A stretch of DNA of 61,630 nt, the filler included, from Sluysia triapertura (taxonomy: Eukaryota): assembly GCA_046118255.1 (NCBI GenBank). It is 5 parts of 5 records of this genome, joined end to end, with 100 filler letters (N's around TTAATTAATTAA, not from the genome) between each part and the next. Parts side by side here need not be neighbours in the genome. Positions count along the whole stretch, not along the records: positions 26,708 to 39,185 come from JBJNIA010105208.1; positions 39,286 to 50,367 come from JBJNIA010189187.1; 3 more parts are not named here. One strand, 5' to 3'. The position numbers and the translations under genes are program-made. Below, piece by piece: positions 26,972-39,772 of this stretch. The notes beneath the pieces were generated by a model. That model saw only the letters and a program-made list of their open reading frames with translations, ran no database searches and was not told the DNA's origin. How positions within the stretch are numbered: position 1 is the stretch's first letter; each line of letters opens with the position of its first letter.

Positions 26972-27409
26972 CTGGAAACAAAATTATTTTCGAGAACTTC
27001 GTGGAATCATCTAATATAATTACTCTTTTTGTACATATTTTAGTATTGCAAGTCTGAATTTGCTATTTTTAGCAAATTGTTTGAAAGATTATAATTATTT
27101 ATGCTATATAACTAAGAAAATTATTTGATTGTGAATATTGTTTAGTTTATTTAATAAAAAATATTTCTAATATTACAATCCAACAGATTCATTGTTTCAT
27201 TAAATATTTTATTTTTTATTAAGAGTGTTTATCAATTCATATTAAAATTGATAAAATTGTAAGAAATTTCTTACTTTGTAATGGCACATTAGTTAATTTT
27301 TTAAATTATTTTTCAGGAAATGTTTTGCCATTTAATAATAATAATACTTCCATAATTTCTTCAAGGTTTTACAACTTTAATTTTGCAATTAATAATTATG
27401 AACACATAC

Positions 27410-27754
27410 TTGGGTATTGTGCCTAATTTGTTCTTCAATATCTTGAAAACTCCATAATATTGGCTGAAAATTCCATTTATTTTCGAAAAATGATTTCACA
27501 ATCACAGTTAAACATGGATAATCATTGAATAACATCCGATATATCTTACATGGCTGAAATTTAATACCATATTTAATTGATGAATTAAAAAATGTGCAAT
27601 TTCTGATAATTAATTCAGATTCAATGTTGTGAGGAAAAATAACTAATCTGAGTAAAATACTTGAAAATACAAATGTGAAAAAAACAAATAAAGCCAAAAA
27701 CATTAATACATTGTATAAAGCATTTTGTTTTTGAAATAAGCTCTTAAAAATCAT
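27410..27754 (-). CDS. Membrane protein exon resembling the BK channel beta subunit (CaKB/KCNMB) family; downstream exon not recoverable, so possibly a pseudogene
   Basis: An N-terminal TM helix is followed by a Cys-containing loop with YPCLTVIV...ILWSFQDIEEQIRHNTQ, similar to YPCLWVNV..AVLYHTEDTRDQNQQC. There is a GT donor at 27409; the following sequence contains stops. Confidence 0.5.
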
Positions 27755-28265
27755 TATTTAGTGTAAATAACAATACGAATTGGTCATTTGTATTTTATAT
27801 ATTTTGTAAACAAGGCAATTACTATTTCAGTATTTAGTAAATAAACATTTACAATAATATTAACTTAAGTAATTAATAACACGTAATTTAGGTAAATCTT
27901 TAACTTTCGAATTTCATTAAGTAGTACACGAAATATTAAAACATAAACTTTTATAACAAATTTTTAATATTGTATCAAAAAAGGATCGTGTTAATACACA
28001 TATAATTAAAATACATAACGAATTGTCAAAATATTAATTTGATTAATTAAACTTAATCATTCTTTTAATAATAGAAAATAGATTATAATAAATAAATATA
28101 GTTAAAATGTTATAAATCATACTAACTTCTAAAATAAGTACGACGAAAATAATTATATTTTAAAAAGGCAACGGTGCTCTCACCTCCTTTTTCTTTATTC
28201 AAAGTAAAAAAAGTTCTATATTGTAAATATAACTTGTCTTTCTTTTTCAAAGATCTCCGATCGTA

Positions 28266-28835
28266 ATGTCTAATATTGCTCTTACAGCTATTTCTGTTAC
28301 TCTTGGTGTGTTTTTTGTGTTCTTTGGTTTACTGAAATTATCGCCTATTTTTTCCGAGGATCTCTACCGTGATATGGTTTATTTAATTTTCTTATGTTTA
28401 TTTATTATTATAGCGCAAAATATTTATAAAGTTAGTTCGTGTATTTCCATTTAGCGGTTTGTTTGGTTTTTCTGTAAACCCGAACATAATTAGGCGGCTT
28501 TATGGTTGCGTAGAAGTAGTTTGTGGCACAATAATGGCCAGTAGTTGCAACAATTTGTTACGCGATATCTCAAATGGAATGTTAATGATTTTAATGATTT
28601 ACAATTTACATGGTGTGTGGCTTTTAGATCAAGGATTGAAAGAAGCATCTCATGGAATGGTTTTTGGTTTATTGTTAATTTGTAGAATTATTATTAGAAT
28701 TCAAGTACGAAATTTTTCATTACATTATTATATAAATAGGTATGGCAAAGAGAAAAGGCAATCATAGAAGAATATAATATTTTTATGGAAGAAAAACGTC
28801 GCGAAAAAAAATTAGCTGCTAAAAAATCTCAATAG
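28266..28835 (+). CDS. TMEM35: TMEM35/NACHO (DoxX-like nicotinic acetylcholine receptor chaperone), 3 exons (28266-28376, 28414-28704, 28740-28835), 165 aa
   Basis: Motifs ALTAISVTLGVFFVFFGLLKLSP..LYRDMRKIF..VRVFPF and MVFGLLLICR match the family. Introns of 37 and 35 nt (GT..AG) join the exons in frame. The C-terminus is a KKSQ* dilysine ER-retrieval motif. Confidence 0.93.
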
Positions 28836-29249
28836 TTTACGCATTTTGCATTGTAAAAAGTTTCATTTTTATAATTTTAACGAAAAATCATTTTATTAAA
28901 ATGTAAATTAATTATCTTTTACCTTAACTTTATTCCGAATACAATATTTCCTTTTTAATGCTTATTAATTGTAAATGCTATTTTAGAACATTTTACTTAA
29001 ATTCAAATTGAAACTAAAAGTGTGTGTTTAAATGTTTGTGCTTGTTTATAATCAATGATTCCTATTCCTAAATTTTAGGAAATCTAAATTTTATTGTTTT
29101 ATACTTTAAATGCATGATAAATTTAATACACTAAAACATTTAATTTCGGCTTAAGGCCTTTAACTAAACAAAACAATGTTATTATGAACAATACAATTAA
29201 ATTAGAAATGCAAAACTTTATATTAAACATCACAATAGCATATTTCTAG

Positions 29250-29930
29250 AAATAATTCTTGAGTGAGAAGATATGATTTAGTTTGATTATGGCATAGTTT
29301 AATGTAATTTTTTCTAAAGTAATATCTAACAATAAAAACGTACAACCAAAAAATATTTTGATATAAAATAATGTTTGTCATAATATAATAATTTTCGCTT
29401 GATGAATGCAATACACCATATGCATAATTTTGTTACAGATTCCCTTGAAGCGTAATAAGATTCGTATAAGAACACACATTTGTCATGATAACACCGAAAT
29501 TTATAGCAATATTCGCAGAGAATATGGTTAAAATAGTTGCTTTAAACGTTAGAAGATATTAAACTAAACTCCAATGGAGTTCATGACCTATTTCATCGTA
29601 ACGTTTTAATTTAAATAAAGATGATAAGATAATTATGACAATGTAATAAGTACTAATAAATACATTGATGCAAACAAAATGTTTCATTGTATCATAAACA
29701 CTGCAATATGCATAAAAATGATCTCACTAACATCCCACTCCTTATTTATACATGAACGATCAAACGTGTGGTATATTTTATGGACTTTATCTCTTGATAA
29801 ACAGGTTATAAAATAAGAAGCACAATTACATCCATATGATACTGTTAACGGTAAATAAAAATTTGTATTTATCTAGAAAAGTTTCCGGTATAATTTCTCC
29901 ATATGGATACATCATACTGTAATTGTAAAT
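29250..29930 (-). pseudogene. Degenerate multi-TM gene, possibly a two-pore (K2P) potassium channel
   Basis: YGEIIPETFLDK (like GYGDIVPxTxLGK) is followed by hydrophobic segments, then ELHWSL and AINFG (second pore-like), with many stops and frameshifts. Confidence 0.4.
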
Positions 29931-29954
29931 CTAATTCAATGTTTGATGTCTGTA

Positions 29955-30125
29955 TCATATGTGAGAAATGTAAAGAATAAATAGAAAATTTAGCGTGAGT
30001 TCACCAACGTACTGGGCTTACCGATTAGGACCAGCCGTTGGATTTTGTAAATTAAAAAAATCTCAAAAGAACTGCTGAAAAATCCCAAAGCTTAATTATA
30101 CCTTCAACTGTCTGGAGGTAAGATG
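29955..30125 (+). repeat. Dispersed ~170-bp element with GC-rich hairpin, copy A
   Basis: cgtgagttcaccaacgtactgggcttaccgattaggaccagccgttggatttt closely matches the reverse complement of 38630-38683, and the flanks are also similar. Confidence 0.85.
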
Positions 30126-31974
30126 AAATTTTCACTTGAATTTATTAAGAGTAATACTAATTGAAAAATATTCATTAAATTCTTTTTCTCGAAAAATTAA
30201 TAATGATAACGTTAATTAAATGATTTTACGTTGATTCCTTGTTATGGAATCTATAAATTGATTTTACGTTGTTAGAAATAAACTCTAACTTTTGTAAGAG
30301 CACCAGCAGCAATAGTTTAAATCACTTACTATTGAATTATTAATTGAATTAACTTATTATTGTTTGGACATTAATATTTTATTTATTTTATTCACCAATT
30401 ATTATTATTATGATTATAATTTTATGATTTTATTTATTCTTATTATTATTAATTATTTTTATTTTAAAATTTACTTATTATTATCATAAAATTAAAATTT
30501 AAAAAACAAAAGAAATTAAAATTTACGATTGTTTTACTTAATTAAATTAATAAATACCATTAATCAACCAATATGGAGGAGGTTAGAATTAATATATAAA
30601 GTAAGAAAATTTTGTTAAAATTGAACATTTAGTAATTAACAGTTAAGAAAAATTTCTCCAAATCGTCAAGTTCAAAATCTTGGAGAAATTCAATTAATTA
30701 AAATGATGTCTAGTTCCATGAAAAAGTAATTAGTTTGTATATAAGTTGCATAAGTTCTAATCTTAAAAGATAGGACCTAAAATCACACAAATTTTTATTG
30801 TGTATGTCAGACCGTAAAAAGGTGACTCAAAATCCTTTTAAACTTACTTGATCTAGGAAATTGTTTCTTAAGATCTAAACTGCATATTGTTACTATACAA
30901 ATATATATACATAATCTATTAACGATTGTAAGCTAATTTTATTTTGTTAGAATAGATTTATCAGTTTATATTTTTTCTAAATCAATAAAAAATTGACCAG
31001 ACCGTAAAAAGGCTGGTTTAACAAACGTAAGCATATTAAGTTTTTGAATTTTAACCTAATATTAGTTTTTGCGACACGCGCTCATTAATTTACCTAAGTA
31101 ATTAACTCTTTTAGCGTTTTCAAATCTAATTAGGACGTTTTCTTTCGATATAAATCGTGCATGATTAGTCGGACGGACTTCCATAATTATTTTGCATAAG
31201 AGAAAATCTTGCAGATGTCTCACTTTTGAGACAAGTCGATAATAAACATTTACCTGATAATTCTTCTAATTCTTTCATACAATGTAACAAAGAAATAACA
31301 CAAACAAGCAATACATACTACCGAAGATGAGGATGAAGACAAAAATGGTTCATTACCCAAAAAGTGAAAGACAGAGCAATCACTAGAGTCAGAATCTTGT
31401 ATAAACTTGGGCGACCTACTGGATGACATTGAATTAGGGATATTGGGCGACGTACTATCTGAACAAGAATATTGCGAGTGTGACAGTTCTTTTGACTTTA
31501 TATTCGAACTATTAGAATAACTGTAACAATCTAATCCACATTGTTTTCATGATTAGGCACGCGACTAATTATACAAGTTATGTAAAATTATCGTAAAATT
31601 ATATTGTAAAATTCTTTCCAAAAACAAAAACTATTGATGATTTCCAATTATTCGATAGATTCAGTTTTATCGTTAGTTTTATTTCTATAAGTTGTGCAAT
31701 TTTTTAAAATAAAATGCTTATAAAACTCTACAATAAAATCATAATTTGCATATTCTAAAGCTGTCATTTAATAGGATAGTTGAGTAAATTAATTGTACTT
31801 TATACTTGAAGATCACTCCATCAAGAGCGATCTAAACAAATTTTTCGTAACGTTTTTTGATTATCGATATTGTCGAATAAACTAAAAGAATTTTGATGTT
31901 TAAGGTTTCATATAGAAGGAAACTGGAGCGAAATAAACAATTTTGATTTAAAAAAACAAATATTGGAAATTAGA

Positions 31975-32100
31975 AACTTACCTGGAAAAACTTTACATTG
32001 TTATTTCTTTAAAATCAGATGGTCTAACCGTAATCGGTAAGCCTATATGCGTCGGCAACTCTTAATTATATCTTTATGACTCTAACATATATATCTCTAT
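31975..32100 (-). repeat. Decayed third copy of the hairpin element
   Basis: ggtctaaccgtaatcggtaagcctatatgcgtcggcaactc resembles ggtcctaatcggtaagcccagtacgttggtgaactc. Confidence 0.5.
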
Positions 32101-34687
32101 ATCGGTGTACATAATTTAGTATTATAAAAATGAATAAGACTTAAATTTTATATTTTTAAATCCTAATAACCGAAAAATTCATACAAAAAGATAGTCATTG
32201 AAGCCTTAAAAAATAATAATAATAATTGATATTGCTTCTACTTGGATAAACAGATCGGATTTACAGAATTGATTAATATACGTGATGAAATCATTATTAT
32301 TCGATTCATCTGGAGTAAACCTTGCTATTATTTATTTGAGTTCTATTGATAGTCTTGGTAATATTGTTAATTTTCCATTCAACATAATTTATAAATAACT
32401 TTCAAGGTTTATTTTAAATTAATATAATTTGTCTTAACATTAAAATTATTGTTCTAAATTTTATTTTAAATCAATAAAATTATATTAAAATTATTGTTGC
32501 TAATTATAGTTATTTGTATTTTCATACGTGAATAAGTTATTGTTTTAGTTTATTTTTAAGAGAATTGAGAATAAAGCTATCTTACGCATATTGTGGTGAC
32601 ACAACTCATTTATTCAAAATTTTAACACTTCATAATACATCAAACAACCACACAATAACTAAATAACCTAATATTTCCGTCAAATTCTTATGATAATTAA
32701 AAATATTATTATTTATTGTTTATTTTCTAAACAAAACACAAGAAAGCATGAAACTCTGCCAACAATAAACAAAGAACAAGATAAAAGAATCAATAAACGG
32801 AAACAAATCTGTGTAAAATTCATTGCATTTCTGTTTGCATCAGAAAAACAAATGAAAAGCATTTACGATTCACGACTCCCTAAATTATTTTATATATATA
32901 CAACATTCTTTTGATATAAAATTTTCATAAATTAATAAAATACGGCAACGTAACTATATGTAAGAGCTACTAAAATTAGTAGTCGGCCCAACATTTTCAC
33001 TGCGCATGGCTGAGTCCAAAGATTTCTCGTCATATTTTAAGGATTATGGCAAATATTTACTAAAAAAATATTTACGAGTAAAGAGTAAATATTTTATCAA
33101 TAATCATAATCACTTTGTTCATCATTATTTTGATCGAATTTACTATTTTAAGCATATTTCAAATCCATTAAAAATTTGTATATTTTCATATTTACAAATT
33201 TTATACATCAAGCTCATACAGATAAATGAAAACATTTGGATAGTGGATGGTTTCATCAATAATTTTTAGCCACTTTATTGAGAGATGAACATTTTCAGCT
33301 GATTTGGCGAAATATGCCGATAGTGAAGCAAAGTATAACGGGTCGAAGTTACACAGACACGACCGCTAGAATCATTCGATTTCATCGTTGTGATTCAATT
33401 TTCCTCATATATCGATAAACAATATCAAGTGATTTTTCGTGCTGTTTTTAAATCTACATAAAGGAAGCAACTTTTACCAACATTTTAATCTAATTATTTA
33501 TAACTCTTTTTTCTCCGTTATAATATAAAAGTCTTTCTGGTTTACTTAATCATCTATAAAGGTAAAATAATGCATTAAAAGATATAAATAATAAAAATGG
33601 CAAAAATAAGGATTTGTTGTTTATAAAATTAAATAAATTGTTGACTATTTTAATTGTTTTAGTTTCATACAATATTTGTTAATTTAATTTAAATATCATT
33701 TAAAAGTTAATAATCATTTAAAAGAAATAAGACATTTACTGTAATCTAATCCAATATTAACATAGTCATATTTTACAGTCGCATATATTAGTTTTTTCGA
33801 TTATCTAACAATAACAGTGTTGAATGCATATTGAATTACATGTACTTATCTATGCGTAATGCATTAGAACAGAATTGACTATAGAAAAATTATTATCGAA
33901 TAAGCTATTGACCAAAATGTAACTAACAGTAGACAAAAGACTTTATCTTAAGTGAGAATTTGTAAAAATATTACGTATGGTTATAAATTTTGATTAGTTC
34001 TTTTATTGTAACTGAAGTTTTAATTCAGCACTTCCATATCTTACATCGGAGATGAATAAGTGATTTTATCTGACAAACAATTTTGTCTGACGAATTTTAA
34101 GTAATATTAACGTAAATAATAACTGACAAAAGTTTATACCGAAATTTCAAATATCCAAATTACCAATGATATTAAAAAACGCATTGTTCTTTTTCTGGAA
34201 ATTATACAAAAATAATCGCACACTCACACTTATACACAAGTTCCTATCTAAATCTACATACAATTTATATACAAAATATTTGTATAAATTCTCATCTTCA
34301 TATAGCTGATTCTGACTGAAACCTCACAATAAACTACAGAAATCTCCCTTGTCATCCACCAACAAATACATCGTCCTACGCTAAACTCACTTTACACATT
34401 ACCAATTCATTAAACTTAACACAATTACAAATCATAAGATTTTAAACTACGATTTTAAAGTAACTATTTCAAAATCATAATGACCAAACATGTTAATATC
34501 AAGTTTCTTTTAGTACAGTGTTGTTCGGGTTCTCAATTAATTAATTATCTTTATCATGATGTATCTTCGTTACTTCGGTTTAACCCTCTCTGACCAATAA
34601 AACTGGAATTTCTCAGACTAATTAAAATTTTCATTTCGCTATCAAAATAGTTACGAAAACGAAATTTCCAAATAGAATATTACTAAC

Positions 34688-36360
34688 CCAATCATATGAA
34701 CTGATACCTGTCCCATTAATAAGGCCATCCAATGAATGATACAAACTAAACCCAAAGCTGGTACAGAATATACCTACGCCGCTAATTAATGAGGTAATGT
34801 TTTTCATCGGTCTGTACCCATAACTAAAGATAAAGTACAATAAATACGAAGGTAGCATGTCAAAATATTAATATCATACATAAAAATGTGAATATGAATG
34901 AATATGGCTATAACCCTTTATACTTCATAGTTACTAAAAATAGCATGAATTTAGTAAGATTATTCTGATGATGTGCAAATATATACTGAATATGAAATGA
35001 ACAACATAGAAAATACTATTCAAAGAACAGAAGAACTATTATCTGAATTGATAAAATGGTTTCGAAATAAATACTTGAATTCAAACTCATGACAATAATT
35101 TACAAATGCTTACATTACGGAAGTCCTGAAGATTTCTTAGAAATAATAAAAAATTGGAAACCAAAATATGAATATTTCATTGAGACAATAATAATCTATA
35201 CAGAATCCACAGTGATAATAAGCTAGATGATAGGTTGTGTACCGTTTGTTTCAAAAATATACAACCAATACTGCCAGAGAATGTCAAATTACTAGAAGAT
35301 TATGAAATATTTAAATATATTTCTTTCTTTTTCAGAAATATTATATTGAATGATTTAATTTAAGCGCTTTTGAGTACTTACTTTGTAGTAGATTTGAGCG
35401 CAATATAAATTAATATATTATTATTAGTGTAGAAAGATCCATTTTTAATTAACTATTTTTGGCTATCCAGCACTTCGAAATAGGTTCAAACTGGATGTTT
35501 TTAATCACGACATGTTACTTGAAAAAGATCTTTTTATTATAGTTCTAAAAGTGTCGAATTTTGATTTTTGAAAAATAACCCAGAACGACCATACGAATAA
35601 ATAATAATTATTCAATCATTGCCATGTTATTCTTCTTGGAACATAACTTTACAAAACAAGAATACCATGACCACGATGACAAATGTAATTCTAATATGAT
35701 ATGACAAAATAGTAAAAACATCCACCACGCAATAAGATTTTAATCAGCTGTTCAATTCAAAAGTATGATTTCTGTAATTATTCCAAACTATTTTTTACGT
35801 TACATTCTAAGCAATTGATATTCGAAACTAACGGATGATGCTCGTCTGGTTGTTTACTTGCCGAATATAAACCAAATGCAATTATAGCCTAAAAATAAAA
35901 TAACGATTATAAAACTTTACTTGATTTACAGTATCAGCTAAAGAATGAAGTGCTTCACAAAACATACTATTAGACCCTGTATATAACCAAGCAACACATT
36001 TCAATACAAAATTAGCAAAATTGCTGTACAAATTAATAAATGTAGTCATATAATTTTAACAAACATTGCAACAGCATAAGCAACAACTTTTCCTGTACCA
36101 TTAAAAAATAAGCTCAAGGACTGACTAGAAACGTGCTATTTACAAAATAAACCAACTTAAAGATTCTATCTTACGTTTAATTTCTGTTTATCTAAAATAA
36201 TATTAAAAAAACTTCGATTTAGACAACCTGATTTCAAGTTATTGTACTGTTCACTTAATTTTGAATATCTAAATAAATACGTAAATAAATCAAGTAATAA
36301 CCTTCGAGAATAAAACCTCTTGACAAAATTAAAAATGGTTTCTCTGCCATAACTAAATGG
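34688..36360 (-). CDS. SLC30A9: Zinc transporter 9 (SLC30A9/ZnT9), partial: exons 36135-36065, 36023-35921, 35888-35833 and 34823-34688, plus uncertain upstream mini-exons
   Basis: The spliced product SLFFNGTGKVVAYAVAINFANFVLKCVAWLYTGSNSMFCEALHSLADTVNQAIIAFGLYSASKQPDEHHPYGYRPMKNITSLISGVGIFCTSFGFSLYHSLDGL matches ZnT9 TM1-3. Introns of 41, 32 and about 1009 nt are all in phase. I found no exons for the C-terminal half. Confidence 0.9.
34990..35426 (+). mobile_element. L2/CR1-clade LINE 3' fragment inside the SLC30A9 intron
   Basis: Decayed ORF2 C-terminus (IYKCLHYGSP..LPENVK) plus the typical 3' end aagcgcttttgagtac...gagcgcaatataaat(att)n. It is a near-duplicate of 37475-37771. Confidence 0.8.
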
Positions 36361-37474
36361 AATATTATCTAAGATTCTTTATTAAAATAAGTATATTACT
36401 TCTAAAACACGGTACAAAAGTTAATAAATCACTAGAAGAACAGTAAAATCTCAGGAAAGATAAGTGACAATTATTAATTCTCAACGTTTTATATACATTC
36501 ATTAAATGTTCTACTTACAAAAAATAAATTAAAAATGTACAACACATAAAATTATAGTAATCAAAATTGCTTATAATAATAAACTGATAACAAAAAAACA
36601 AGAAAAAAAGTCGTTAATTATTAAAACGAAAACCAAGTTTTAATTTTGATAAATAATAATTCAAGAAGAATTTTTTCAGTGATCTTTGTTGATGATACTA
36701 CAAAAACTGCTGCCTCGATCTAGTTACAGACACTACAAATTTTAATTCTTATTTGGGTTAAGTTCTGGACATTAAAAATTAATTTTGTTCTTAAAAAATA
36801 GAAAGCGATAAAAATTATCTTTATGTTACAATAAAAAAATTCACATACTATGGTGAATCAGCACCATTCGATCGCACATAAAGACTAATACATATAAATT
36901 GCCTTAATACATTTTAAAAAACTAAACATTACATCCAAAAGCATTACAGAACATTTTTATCAACATTTAAAGTTTAAATTTACTTTTATTTCATTTGAAC
37001 TCTATTGTTAACAGCTTTCTATCAATCTTCGTTCCTCAAATACATCAAAATCTCAAAAACCTTCATCAATCTTAAAATTATAACAAACAAGTAGTAGTAT
37101 CAATTTATTATATCAAAAACTAAGTAATTTAATTTCACTATTGTTATTATTATCCGAAAATACTACTTACTACCACATAAATATCTGTCCAGCAACGCTT
37201 TCATCCTTTTTTTGTGTTGTGGGTAGTTCGTATAGTTAAAGGAAAAACATTTTTTAAAGTTTTACTTAAAAATATGATTTTTTATTAATTAAATTTATTG
37301 TTTTCGAGTACTAAATTTTACATATGTTATGTCACCCTTAATGCGGTGACTTGAAACTCTCATTCATCATTATGTTGCGTCTTTCTTATTTTTATTTTAC
37401 AATATCCAATGAAACTCAACGAATCTCAATATATTGAAATATCACCATGATTTATTTTATCTTAAAGAATTACA

Positions 37475-37771
37475 TTGGTTGCCAATAAATACAAGAATAG
37501 AATTCAAAATAATAATATAATTTATAAATGTCTACATTACGGAAGTCCTGGATATCTTGTGGAATTAATAAAAAATTTGGAAAAGATGAATATTTCATTG
37601 AGACATAATAATAATCTATACAGAATCCACAGTGATAATAAGCTAGGTGATAGGTTGTATACCCTTTATGTTTCAAAAATATACAATGAGTTACCAGAAA
37701 ATGTCAAATTACTAGAGGATTATGAAGAGTTTAATGTAAACTATAAAGTACATACAGATAGTAATGACTAA
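37475..37771 (+). mobile_element. L2/CR1-clade LINE ORF2 C-terminal fragment
   Basis: IYKCLHYGSPGYLVELI...GDRLYTLYVSKIYNELPENVK resembles the yK.l.g.aP.YL...g.R.F....p.lWN.LP..ir pattern. DNA identity to 35097-35310 is high. Confidence 0.8.
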
Positions 37772-38559
37772 TTTTGTATAATTTTACAAACAGTATTTTG
37801 TGTAATTTTGTGTAGTTAATAATTTTTGTGCTATATTTATAATTATTGATTTTTATTTTGATTTATGTTTAATGCTAATTTGTATTAATTTTGGAATTTT
37901 GTAAATTTTAAAAGTACGTTTTTAATTTCTATGGTTAAATTATTTTAAATTTTAAAAATGTTAGATTAAAACTACTATATATACTGTTATAAAATCACAT
38001 AAGACGCAACAAAATTTTGATTTTAAATCTTTACTCAAAAGTTTAATCATTAAACAAGACAATTCCAATTTCGGTGCAGATATTCGAATCAAAGAAAATA
38101 ATTTTTATTGCAGACATTGAACTATTTTGGATCACGTTAGCTCAATTTTTATTAAATTCAGATATTCGAAGAATATCAATAGTATAATTTCACTTAAATT
38201 TATGAATTTTTATTTGGATCGTATAACGATCTAAGGTAAAATATATTTTTTAAATCTATTTTTATATTTAAACTAATTATATTTAGTTTATAGTAAAATT
38301 TTGATTTATATTATACCTATTTGTTAAATTACGCTACTTTTTGCATTTTTATTAATAAATTATTTAATCTGAGTTCATTATTCACTTCCATAGTTTTAAA
38401 ATCTTTAAATTAATTGATTTATATGTTTTCCTATACTAGAAGTTAATTCTAGTAAGAAAAATCTTTTAACTGATCCCACATACCGGGATTTACGTGAAAT
38501 TATTATTTTAAAACTTTTACATTTGATATATAACTAAATTAATTCAAATTCCTTTTTAA

Positions 38560-38730
38560 ATATTCACCTCCAGATTTAAGGTGCTAGGTAGAACGATTAC
38601 TTTAGCAGTTAAGTATCTATTCTCGCATTAAAATCCAACGACTGGCCCTCGCTGGTAAGTCCAGTACGTTGGTGAACTCACGTAAATTTTAATCAACTCT
38701 TTATTCTATACACTTTTCTCACATATATAT
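38560..38730 (-). repeat. Dispersed hairpin element, copy B
   Basis: aaaatccaacgactggccctcgctggtaagtccagtacgttggtgaactcacg is the inverted match of copy A. Confidence 0.85.
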
Positions 38731-39185
38731 ATTTAAATTATCTTACCTTTTAACCTATTTTCTATATATTATACAGACAATCCCAACATTTTTTCTAAAG
38801 TTTATTAAACTTTATAAATTATTAAACTTTACATATAAATTATTTGATTATTTATTTATATAAACTTGAATTTATTTCCTAATTTTTTAGTTTTCATTTG
38901 TATTTAATAAAACTTATTTGTATTCATTTGTTCATTATTTAAGTTATAAAGTATAACTGTATTATAATAATTGTATTTTATATATATTTTATAATTAGTT
39001 TTTTTTATATTTTTTATAATTAGTTAAAAATTGTATTGTTATTATAATTAATTTAAAAAAAAATTAAAAAGAATTAAATAAATAAAAAATATTAATTAAT
39101 GTTTTTACAAAAATTGGAATATTTTGTTTAAATCAGAAAATTGTTTAAATATATTAATTAAAATTAGAAACAAAGGTAATTTATT

Positions 39186-39285
39186 NNNNNNNNNNNNNNN
39201 NNNNNNNNNNNNNNNNNNNNNNNNNNNNNTTAATTAATTAANNNNNNNNNNNNNNNNNNNNNNNNNNNNNNNNNNNNNNNNNNNN
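39186..39285. other. Assembly gap with six-frame stop linker
   Basis: N-run, TTAATTAATTAA, N-run. Confidence 0.98.
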
Positions 39286-39691
39286 ACTTTATTGTTTCGT
39301 TTAAAGTAAAATTCACTTAAGAACAATCAACTTACGTGCTGCCAAGGCTCATCTATAAATTAAGAATACATAAATTTTTCCAAAAATCTAGCAGTAAATA
39401 TTGGTTACCCAACAAATCCTTGATTGCAACTTTTGTAAGTAGCGAACTCCGACGGATGAACGTATTTCGTCTAATTTAGATTTATAAATCAACTTTCGTT
39501 TATTTACGTTTAAGCGTTTAAGTCCATTTTTTCTCTTTATATTCTAATTTTTTCAAGGTTAGCAGATGCTTAATATTTTAATTTTTTAGCATAACCTGCA
39601 TGGGTTTTATATTTTTATTATTTATATTAATTTTTCTTATTTAGCTTATCAAAATTCAATTGTTCAGGAGGTTTTATTTTTCATTAAATTA

Positions 39692-39692
<1 letters not shown>

Positions 39693-39760
<68 letters not shown>
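39693..39760. repeat. (ATT)n microsatellite
   Basis: Perfect trinucleotide run. Confidence 0.97.
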
Positions 39761-39762
<2 letters not shown>

Positions 39763-39772
39763 CTTCACTAAC

